NCBI GenBank assembly: GCA_964502895.1
Contig: CAZCZP010000006.1
Coordinates: 1 to 38,720 of the forward strand
DNA: 38,720 bases
Source of the DNA: an uncultured Bifidobacteriaceae bacterium
GTDB lineage: Bacteria > Verrucomicrobiota > Verrucomicrobiia > Limisphaerales > JADLHS01
Direction of reading: 5' to 3'
Part shown: positions 28,917-36,467 of the stretch, piece by piece
Position numbering within the stretch: the first letter of the stretch is position 1
Layout: each line of letters opens with the position of its first letter
The notes under the pieces: model-generated
Database searches by the model: none
The model's input: the letters and a program-made list of their open reading frames with translations, nothing else
Told to the model about the DNA's origin: nothing
Position numbers and translations under genes: made by a program

Positions 28917-29789
28917 ATGGAAGCGGCCACGGCCAAAATTGATCGCAGCGAATTGCCTGAAAGCCAGAAGGCGGCCCTGATCAATTTGCTCGGCGATGAA
29001 GACCCCGCGGTGTACGACGTGGTGCGCGAGAAAATTCTTTCCAGCGGACCGGGTGCGCGCGATTGGCTGCGCCCAGAGGCCCTGAGCAGCAATCCCCTGG
29101 TGCGGCGGCGGGCGCAGGAAATCATCCGCCACTTCGACCGCCATCTGGCTGATGATCGCTTCCTGACCTTTTGCCTCAAGCACGGTGAGGATTTCGATAT
29201 TGAGTCGGCCGCCTGGCTGCTCGCCCGGACTCAATACCCGGAAATCAACGTCGAAGCCTACTCGGCTCTGCTCGACAACTTCGCCGGAGAACTGGAACAG
29301 CGCATTGCGTCCGTCAGCCGCGCCACACCCCTGCTTACCCGCGTCAACGAATATGTGTTTGGCGAGCTCGGCTTCGCGGGCAACGAAGAGAATTATTACG
29401 ATCCGGACAACAGCTATTTGAATCGCGTGCTCGACCGGCGCACGGGCAACCCGATCAACCTGACGCTGGTTTACATGTTGCTGGCGCGACGCCTTCGTCT
29501 GCCGGTGAGCGGAATTAATCTCCCCGGCCATTTCCTTTGCCGTTATCAATCCGCATCCGACGAGCTGTACATAAACGCATTCGACCGCGGCAAACTCATG
29601 ACCAAGGGCGATTGCATCCACTATCTCGTGCGCGGCAATTACGATTTGCGCGAAGAATATCTTTCGCCCGTCAGCCCGCGCCGGATGCTCGGGCGCATCT
29701 GCGGTAACCTTCACCAGATTTACGCCCGCCTCGGTCACAAGGACACCGTAACACGTTTCCAACGTTACCTCGTAGCACTGTCGCGGTAA
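28917..29789 (+). CDS. SirB1/YchA-like transglutaminase-like + TPR-like protein
   Basis: LNEYVFGELGFAGNEENYYDPDNSYLNRVLDRRTGNPINLTLVYMLLARRLRLPVSGINLPGHFLCRY is the conserved core of the SirB1 family. The start is taken at ATG 28917. Confidence 0.75.
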   Translation: MEAATAKIDRSELPESQKAALINLLGDEDPAVYDVVREKILSSGPGARDWLRPEALSSNPLVRRRAQEIIRHFDRHLADDRFLTFCLKHGEDFDIESAAWLLARTQYPEINVEAYSALLDNFAGELEQRIASVSRATPLLTRVNEYVFGELGFAGNEENYYDPDNSYLNRVLDRRTGNPINLTLVYMLLARRLRLPVSGINLPGHFLCRYQSASDELYINAFDRGKLMTKGDCIHYLVRGNYDLREEYLSPVSPRRMLGRICGNLHQIYARLGHKDTVTRFQRYLVALSR

Positions 29790-29816
29790 CAATGGCGCAA
29801 TCGTAAATCGCAGTCC

Positions 29817-31004
29817 CTAATCCGGAAGCGCGCGCCACTGACGTCGTGCGATGTAAGGATCAATTCGCGCCAGGAGAAAATAAGCCCAACGCTGCTTGAG
29901 CCGCTGCCACAACGTTCGCGAGCGCCGCCATTCCACCCGGTCAATCCGCCGGCAATGTTGCAATGCCTCGCGGAATATGGCCCGCGCCTCGGCCACCATT
30001 TGCGGATTCTCAAATCGGACCATCAACTCATAGTTGATGCTCAGGCTGCGCGGATCGAGGTTCGCCGAGCCAACATAGACCGCGTCGTTCAAGACAAACA
30101 GTTTTGCGTGAAGAATCTGTGGCTCGTATTCATAGACCTCGACACCAGATTTGAGCATCCGCCGATAAAGACTTTGCCCCGCCAGTTGCGACGTGGCCAC
30201 GTCCGATTTCCCCGGAAGCAACAACTGGATCGAACCCCCTCGCCGAGCCACCCGCCCGAACATGCGGCGCAGCCGGCCCGTGGGCAGAAAATACGCCACC
30301 ATGATTTGCACGTCGCGCGAACGGGCAAAGTCCGCCTGCAGCGCGCGGAGAATCGGGTTTCGCCCGCGTCCAGGTCCGCTCAACAAAAGTTGCTCGGTTG
30401 GCGAAGCAACCGTTCGCTTGTGCGCCGCGCGGCGAAGCCGGATAAAACGTTTATGCCGGAAATCCGCCAGCGCGAACATCTCTTCAAACGACGACGCCAG
30501 TTGTACAGCCAACGGACCTTCGAGACTCAGGCCCAGGTCGCGCCAGCCGCGCGTGATGCCGTCGCCTTCGTACTCCGGCGCGATGTTGAATCCGCCAATG
30601 AACGCGACGGACTCGTCGCACACGAGCAATTTGCGATGATTCCGAATCCCCATGCGGTTCAGCGCGACCGGATTGAAAAAGCGCGCTTCACCGCCAGCCT
30701 CGCGCAACGGAGTCCAAAAACCATCCGGCAGGCTGAATGAGCCAAGTCCATCCACCAGGACGCGCACTCGCACACCGCGCTGGCAGGCCCGGATGAGCGC
30801 ATTGCGAAAACGCTCCCCCAATGGGCTGGCAGCAAAGATGTAGATTTCGAGGCAAATGGACTTACGCGCCGTTTCCATCGCAGCCAACATCGCGGGAAAG
30901 ACTTCATCACCGGTTCGCAACCATTTCCATGTGGTGCTGTGCTGCGGCATTGTCGCGAGATTATGCAGCCGGACTGTAATTTGCAAACGCCCGGCGCGAC
31001 TCAT
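29817..31004 (-). CDS. Phospholipase-D-family cardiolipin synthase (ClsB-like, no TM segment)
   Basis: Two HKD motifs are present: NHRKLLVCDESVAFIGGFN and LHAKLFVLNDAVYVGSANLD. The start is ATG 31004 or ATG 30950; the latter aligns better with the ClsB-like N-terminus. Confidence 0.88.
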   Translation of the reverse strand: MSRAGRLQITVRLHNLATMPQHSTTWKWLRTGDEVFPAMLAAMETARKSICLEIYIFAASPLGERFRNALIRACQRGVRVRVLVDGLGSFSLPDGFWTPLREAGGEARFFNPVALNRMGIRNHRKLLVCDESVAFIGGFNIAPEYEGDGITRGWRDLGLSLEGPLAVQLASSFEEMFALADFRHKRFIRLRRAAHKRTVASPTEQLLLSGPGRGRNPILRALQADFARSRDVQIMVAYFLPTGRLRRMFGRVARRGGSIQLLLPGKSDVATSQLAGQSLYRRMLKSGVEVYEYEPQILHAKLFVLNDAVYVGSANLDPRSLSINYELMVRFENPQMVAEARAIFREALQHCRRIDRVEWRRSRTLWQRLKQRWAYFLLARIDPYIARRQWRALPD

Positions 31005-31058
31005 GAACAAAAAATGAAATAGTTCGAACTTTTGGCTGAATCTGGCATCTCTATTCGT

Positions 31059-33221
31059 GTGAGAACGTTAATCCAGTTCGCCGGCGCGTTGCTGCTGGCG
31101 GTGATGGTCCATGCCCAAGGCGCGACGACTCGCCCGACATTGTTGCTGGCGGCCAGCGCCTCCAAGCCCGGCGACACCGTTTTGGCCGGTGTGCGGCTGC
31201 AAATGGCGGACGGCTGGCACATCTACTGGCGCAACCCCGGCGGCCCGGGAATTCCCACGACGATCAAATGGCAGCTTCCGCCCGGCGTGACGGCGGGTGA
31301 AATCCTATGGCCGATTCCCGAGAAATTTGTTCAGGCTGCTGAAGACGATCCGCTGTCAGCGCTAATCAACTACGGCTACGGCCACGAAGTCACCCTGCTC
31401 GTTCCGCTCAAGCTGGCCAGTGAGGTCAAGCCGGGCGCACTCGAACTCCGCGCCACCGTGAGCTGGCTTGAGTGCAAGGGCACCTGCATCCCTGGCAGTA
31501 AGGATGTCACCGCCAAACTCACCGTCGGCGACACCACCATCCGCAGCGATGCGGCCGACGCACTCGAAAAGGTGCAGGCCAGTTTGCCCAAAGCGGGAGA
31601 CGGCCTCGCGCCACGCGCCACCTGGGAGAAAGCCGGCAGCGGAGACACTCGGCCATTGCTCATCGAATGGACCTCCGCCCTCGCAGCCAGTGAACCTGAT
31701 TTTTTCCCGGACGCGTATGAAACATTCGAGATGGCCACGGCCACAAAAATCGTGAGCGGCTCGGGCAACCAACTCAAACTGCGTAAGCTGGTCACGAAAA
31801 CCGAAGGCGTATGGCCAACGGAAATCTCCGGTCTGCTCGTACAAAAAGTAAATGGGCAGGTTCAGGGATACGAAGTGAAGCTCACCATCGGAGACGGGTC
31901 AGCTTCTGCGTCCGGTGCCGCGGCCACGCCGAGCATGCAACGCTCGATTTGGTTTTACCTGCTGAACGCTTTTCTGGGCGGCTTGATTCTTAACATCATG
32001 CCGTGCGTGCTCCCGGTGATCGCACTGAAAATTCTCGGCTTCGTCCAACAGGCCAAGGATTCGCCAGGCCGCGTGCGCCAGCTTGGACTCATCTACGCCC
32101 TCGGCGTGCTGGTTTCCTTTCTCGGTCTGGCCGCGCTCGTCATCGGCATCAAAGCCGCCGGACAAAAAGCCGGGTGGGGAATGCAATTCAGCAATCCACA
32201 ATTCATCATCGTTTTCACAGTGCTCGTAACCCTGGTTGCATTAAACCTGTTTGGCGTGTTTGAAGTGGTTCTCGGCGGAAACGTCATGGGGGCGGCCGGC
32301 GAACTCGCCTCGCGCCATGGTGCGAGCGGCGCATTCTTCAACGGCGTGCTCGCCACGCTGCTCGCAACGCCCTGCACCGCGCCGTTCCTGAGTATCGCGC
32401 TGGGATTCGCGTTCGTGCAAAGCGCAGGGGTGATCACGTTGATGTTTCTCACAGTCGGCGTCGGCCTTGCGTTTCCTTATGTCGTGTTGAGTTGGTATCC
32501 GGCCTGGTTGAAATTTCTGCCCAAGCCGGGCGCGTGGATGGAAAAATTCAAAATGGCCATGGGCTTCCCGATGTTGCTCACCGCCGTGTGGCTCGCTAAA
32601 ATCGGCCCCGAGAAATACGGCGACCGCGCGTGGTGGCTAGGCGTGTTTCTGGTGTTGGTCGCCGCTGCGGCGTGGGTCTTTGGCGAGTTTGTGCAGCGCG
32701 GTCACAAGCGCAAAGCCGTGGGCCTCGTGGCGGTGCTTGCGCTCTTGGCACTGGCATATTTCTGGGCGCTCGAATCCAAATTGGACTGGCGCTCGCCCGT
32801 TGACGCGAAACTCGCTGCGAACGCGCCGTTGCGAAACGCACCCAAGGGCTATGCTTGGGAAAAATGGAGTACTGCCGCCGTCCAGGACGCGCGCAACGCC
32901 GGGCGCGTGGTGGTCGTGGATTTCACCGCGTGGTGGTGCGCCACCTGCAACGCGATTGTGAAACCGGCATTCGGCAAACCTGATCTTACCGCGAAGATGA
33001 AAGAACTGAACGCGGCAGCCCTGCTGGCCGACCATTCGGATTTCCCACCCGATATCGCGGCCGAGTTGGAAAAATATCAACGCGCCGGTGTGCCACTGGT
33101 TCTCGTTTATCCCCGGGACGCAAACAAGCCGCCGATTGTGTTGCCCGATCCCAATCCCGTTCTCGGCATCAGCCACTACGCCGGCCTGATCCTTGACGCC
33201 TTGAAGCAAGCCGCCCATTGA
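31059..33221 (+). CDS. DsbD/ScsB-family protein-disulfide reductase (N-terminal DsbD-alpha-like domain, membrane core, C-terminal thioredoxin)
   Basis: Signal peptide from GTG 31059 (VRTLIQFAGALLLAVMVHAQG). DGWHIYWRNPGG marks the N-domain. The membrane cysteines are MPCVLPV and TPCTAPF. The thioredoxin CxxC is WWCATCN. Confidence 0.88.
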   Translation: MRTLIQFAGALLLAVMVHAQGATTRPTLLLAASASKPGDTVLAGVRLQMADGWHIYWRNPGGPGIPTTIKWQLPPGVTAGEILWPIPEKFVQAAEDDPLSALINYGYGHEVTLLVPLKLASEVKPGALELRATVSWLECKGTCIPGSKDVTAKLTVGDTTIRSDAADALEKVQASLPKAGDGLAPRATWEKAGSGDTRPLLIEWTSALAASEPDFFPDAYETFEMATATKIVSGSGNQLKLRKLVTKTEGVWPTEISGLLVQKVNGQVQGYEVKLTIGDGSASASGAAATPSMQRSIWFYLLNAFLGGLILNIMPCVLPVIALKILGFVQQAKDSPGRVRQLGLIYALGVLVSFLGLAALVIGIKAAGQKAGWGMQFSNPQFIIVFTVLVTLVALNLFGVFEVVLGGNVMGAAGELASRHGASGAFFNGVLATLLATPCTAPFLSIALGFAFVQSAGVITLMFLTVGVGLAFPYVVLSWYPAWLKFLPKPGAWMEKFKMAMGFPMLLTAVWLAKIGPEKYGDRAWWLGVFLVLVAAAAWVFGEFVQRGHKRKAVGLVAVLALLALAYFWALESKLDWRSPVDAKLAANAPLRNAPKGYAWEKWSTAAVQDARNAGRVVVVDFTAWWCATCNAIVKPAFGKPDLTAKMKELNAAALLADHSDFPPDIAAELEKYQRAGVPLVLVYPRDANKPPIVLPDPNPVLGISHYAGLILDALKQAAH

Positions 33222-33251
33222 CCGGCGAAAGCGCCCGGGCACAATCCCGCC

Positions 33252-33818
33252 ATGGTGAATGTTCCCAACGCGATGAGCCTTGCGCGACTGCTCGCGGTAC
33301 CGGTGTTGTTGGTCCTTGCGTGGAACGAGTGCTCCAGAATTTTCCTGCCGGTGTTGCTCCTTTCCATGTTGACGGACGCCGTGGATGGCTTTGTCGCGCG
33401 CCATTTCAACCAAAGCTCAAGTCTCGGCGCCAAGCTGGATAGTTGGGCCGACTTGAGCATGCAACTCGCCCTGCCCTTCTGCGGCTGGTGGTTGCGGCCC
33501 GACATCCTGCGGCAGGAAGCACCGTTCCTGGTGGCGGGGCTGCTGGCCTACTTCGCCGCCATCGCCATCGGCTTTTTGAAATTTCGCCGCCTCACCAGTT
33601 ATCACACGCGGGGCGGAAAACTCTCCGCCATTGTCGTGGCCGCAGCCGTGATCGTGTTCTTTGCGAATGGACCGGGCTGGCCGTTTCGCGTTGCCATGCC
33701 GATCGTAATGCTGGCCTGCCTCGAAGAAATCGCCATCACCCTCGTGCTGCCGGAGCGGCGGGCCAACGTGCCTTCCCTCTGGCATGCCCGGCAAATCAGG
33801 CGATGTGCCGGAGAATAA
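33252..33818 (+). CDS. CDP-alcohol phosphatidyltransferase family protein (PgsA-like size)
   Basis: The full signature D-x2-DG-x2-AR-x8-G-x3-D-x3-D is present (DAVDGFVARHFNQSSSLGAKLDSWAD). The protein has multiple TM helices and is 188 aa. Confidence 0.88.
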   Translation: MVNVPNAMSLARLLAVPVLLVLAWNECSRIFLPVLLLSMLTDAVDGFVARHFNQSSSLGAKLDSWADLSMQLALPFCGWWLRPDILRQEAPFLVAGLLAYFAAIAIGFLKFRRLTSYHTRGGKLSAIVVAAAVIVFFANGPGWPFRVAMPIVMLACLEEIAITLVLPERRANVPSLWHARQIRRCAGE

Positions 33819-33845
33819 TTCTTTGCGCGCGAACGGGCGGCCGCT

Positions 33846-34370
33846 TCAGATGTTGTCGTTGCACAACTCACGCTGCCCGCGCACGTGCTCGAGAAATTCC
33901 TCGGCCACGATGTAGCCAACACATTCGCTTGCGCCGCACCGGCACGGATGTTCGCGGTAGTTCTCCAAGTCGTAACCGTAGTTGAACGTCAATTCCTCAC
34001 CCGCCTTGATTTCGCGCAGCGCCACAATCCAGATGCGCCCATCGTCCAGTTCCGCCTCGCAGTTCGGCGCGCAACTGTGGTTGAGCAAGCGCGCCGGATT
34101 CCATGGCACGTTGCCGTCCAGATCGTGCGCGTCGTCCAAGGTAAAGATGTATTCGTTGTTGGCCTCGCAACGCCGCAGCGATTCCGCCTTCGAGATTTTT
34201 TCGCCCACGTACTCGATGAGACGCGTGCCCACGGGAATGTCTGTTCGCGCGAACCCGCCCGTCCGGTCTATGACCGAATCGCGCAAATCAACGTACCTAT
34301 TCCTGTCAACGATTCCTCCATCGCTGGACGTCTGATTGACTCCAGAAATTTCCAGGTTGGGTTCATTCAT
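33846..34370 (-). CDS. SET-domain protein-lysine methyltransferase
   Basis: Motifs NHSCAPN and EELTFNYGYD, plus the post-SET cysteines CRCGASECVGY. The first ATG (34370) lies 2 nt after the rluA-family stop. An alternative TTG at 34376 overlaps that stop. Confidence 0.88.
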   Translation of the reverse strand: MNEPNLEISGVNQTSSDGGIVDRNRYVDLRDSVIDRTGGFARTDIPVGTRLIEYVGEKISKAESLRRCEANNEYIFTLDDAHDLDGNVPWNPARLLNHSCAPNCEAELDDGRIWIVALREIKAGEELTFNYGYDLENYREHPCRCGASECVGYIVAEEFLEHVRGQRELCNDNI

Positions 34371-34372
34371 TG

Positions 34373-35101
34373 TCAAAGCTTTGTGAGGCGGAAGCCAAAT
34401 TCCCGCGCAAACTGACTCGTTGGCGCGCGGATTTCAACCCGCCGCCGCGTGAACGGATCGGTGTAGGCCAGTTCCACCGCTCTCAGTCCAAACCCTGGAC
34501 CGCCCTTGGCTGGCCGCGAACCGTACAAGTCATCACCCACGATTGGCAGGCCCGCCTCGGCGAGGTGAACACGAATCTGGTGCGTCCGTCCCGTCAACGG
34601 GTGCGCTTCCACCAGCGTCAGGGTGTCACGCGTTTGCACCACGCTAAAGTGCGTTTCCGCTTCCTTGCCCCGGCTTTCGTCGGCCTTCATCCGGCCAATC
34701 TGGGCCGGATCCTGTGCCAGCTTGAGGCGGCAGGTCCACTCCCTTTGCCGCGGCAGACCTTGGACGACGGCCAGGTAGGTCTTTTCCATGCGCCGGCTCT
34801 CGAAAAGATTTCCGTAGGCATCCAACCCGCCCATGCTCTTTGCGAACAGCAGAACGCCGGTGGTGTCCGCGTCCAACCGGTGAGCGCAGCGGAGGAACTT
34901 CAGACCGCGCGACCTGGCCCAGTAGTCACCCGCCGCCATGGACGAAACCAGCGCCGCCTGAAGATTTCGGGCGGTTTTCTGCCACGAGAAAGGCACGAGC
35001 ATCCAGCCGCGCGGCTTGTCAATCGCCAGCACCGACCGATCCTCGTAAAGAATCGGGATCGGCTCGACACCGGCCAGTTCGATGTGCGTGGTCTTGGGCA
35101 T
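34373..35101 (-). CDS. RluA-family pseudouridine synthase (no S4 domain)
   Basis: Catalytic motif HRLDADTTGVLLFAKS and N-terminal ILYEDRSVLAIDKPRG. ATG 35101 shares its A with the App1 TGA (TGATG). The ORF-track start at 35167 is TTG and is less likely. Confidence 0.9.
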   Translation of the reverse strand: MPKTTHIELAGVEPIPILYEDRSVLAIDKPRGWMLVPFSWQKTARNLQAALVSSMAAGDYWARSRGLKFLRCAHRLDADTTGVLLFAKSMGGLDAYGNLFESRRMEKTYLAVVQGLPRQREWTCRLKLAQDPAQIGRMKADESRGKEAETHFSVVQTRDTLTLVEAHPLTGRTHQIRVHLAEAGLPIVGDDLYGSRPAKGGPGFGLRAVELAYTDPFTRRRVEIRAPTSQFAREFGFRLTKL

Positions 35102-36228
35102 CAACGCTTCCCGATAGGAGTATCGAACCGTGGAGCAAGTTCCGACGGCGATCTGAAAATCTGCCAACGCTCCGCCGGAACGCCGCCGAAAACCTTTTGG
35201 TAACGTTCGGCACTCGCCGGCTCGTCAGTTACATCACGAATCCAGATGCCGGCGATCTGCCGCGGATACTTTCTCGCCAGAGCCGCGTAAACTTCGGGGT
35301 CACGTTCACCGGAATCGCCAATCAGCACGAACCGCCGATTGGGAAATCTCTTGAGCAACGGCTCGATGACAGTGGGTTTGTATTTTTCGGGATCGGCGAA
35401 CAGGCTCAGGAAACTCCGGTCCTTCCAACGAAATTTCTTCAACGCAAACGTGCCGGCCGGGAATCCGTTCGAGCGAACGAATTCCGCCAACGGCGGATAT
35501 AGTTGCCACGGGCTGGCCGAGACGTAGTGGAACGTGGCTCGATTTGAGTGACCAAGAGTCTGGTAGAGTTCCGCCATGCCTGGCGCTGGCTCGAATGGCC
35601 GCAAAAAAGTGTTACGCAACGTCGCGCGCCGGTCGCGCACCTGGGTGATCTTGATCGTGTCATCAATGTCGGAAATCACACTCAAGCCGGCGTCATCGAG
35701 CAAGTGGATTTCACCGGCGAACTCGCGAGCATCCCCGGATGGCAACTCGGCGGCAAACTGAATGACTATGTTACCACTGTCCGTGGGTGTCAAAAATTTC
35801 TGGACCTCGCCCTCGCTGAGCACAATTTCACCGGCAAAATAACCGTCGGCTCTTGAATTGCCGGCGTCGAAAACCTTGTCACCAATCCGGAAAACAATCC
35901 TTTTCCCTCGCTCGTGATCCACGAGGAACAGCCGCGCGCGCTCTTTGAAAATCTTCTGCTCTGCGGGTGCTGGCTCAATGTCCTTCAAGTCGAGCGCCTC
36001 CTGCAACGCAGCCAGCGTCAGGTTGCGTTTCTCCGGCTCGAACACGCATCCGTGAATCTCGAGTCGCCACACGTTCTTTCCGGGCACGCGCTGGCCGAAG
36101 GTTGGAAAGAAGACGATTTGTTCGTCGGCTTTGAGGCGCGTGAACAAGTCGCGGGCCAGTGCCACGTCGCTTATCAATAGGAACAGCGCACACAAGCCAA
36201 AGCTGCAGGGCGCCGACCAACGCGACAA
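35101..36228 (-). CDS. App1-family phosphatidate phosphatase (DUF2183), membrane-anchored or secreted
   Basis: HAD-like DxDxT (ISDIDDTIK) and LIGDSGERDPEVY motifs. A hydrophobic N-terminal segment SAPCSFGLCALFLLISDVALA is present. I place the start at TTG 36228. The open frame continues to ATG 36504, but only by reading through two repeat elements and overlapping the upstream gene by 37 nt. Confidence 0.8.
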   Translation of the reverse strand: MSRWSAPCSFGLCALFLLISDVALARDLFTRLKADEQIVFFPTFGQRVPGKNVWRLEIHGCVFEPEKRNLTLAALQEALDLKDIEPAPAEQKIFKERARLFLVDHERGKRIVFRIGDKVFDAGNSRADGYFAGEIVLSEGEVQKFLTPTDSGNIVIQFAAELPSGDAREFAGEIHLLDDAGLSVISDIDDTIKITQVRDRRATLRNTFLRPFEPAPGMAELYQTLGHSNRATFHYVSASPWQLYPPLAEFVRSNGFPAGTFALKKFRWKDRSFLSLFADPEKYKPTVIEPLLKRFPNRRFVLIGDSGERDPEVYAALARKYPRQIAGIWIRDVTDEPASAERYQKVFGGVPAERWQIFRSPSELAPRFDTPIGKR

Positions 36229-36262
36229 CTTGCTTCGGCAAGGATCAGCATTTTGAGAACGC

Positions 36263-36460
36263 CCGCCCTCACCCCGACCATCTCCCCCAGGAGAGGGAGA
36301 ACCTTTTGCCGGCCTCTGTAACTGCCGGAACGCCTTGCCATTCGCGCGCTCCGCGTCCCGACACGAAAGAACGCGCCGATAGCCCGAGCGCTTCGCCAAA
36401 AAACAGGGGCGGCCGATTGCTGTCCCCTCTCCCCGGGGGAGAGGGTCAGGGTGAGGGCGG
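36263..36460. repeat. Inverted pair of GC-rich REP-like units (BIME/MITE-like) in the glycosyltransferase/App1 spacer
   Basis: The left unit (36263-36300, ccgccctcaccccgaccatctcccccaggagagggaga) and the reverse complement of the right unit (36423-36460, ccgccctcaccctgaccctctcccccggggagagggga) match except for 3 substitutions and a 1-nt indel. Each unit has its own internal palindrome (ctctcccc/ggggagag). The units are 122 nt apart. Confidence 0.8.
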
Positions 36461-36467
36461 TCGCGCA

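Noticed and set aside
28839-29792. 317-aa minus-strand ORF
   Set aside because: It is antisense to the SirB1-like gene, and only the plus-strand translation carries the conserved family core.
34370-35203. 277-aa plus-strand ORF. The plus-strand ORFs 36159-37025 and 36451-37326 fall in the same category.
   Set aside because: They are antisense to the RluA-family, App1 and glycosyltransferase genes. Part of their translation is repeat-element sequence (..LPGGEGQGEGG..).
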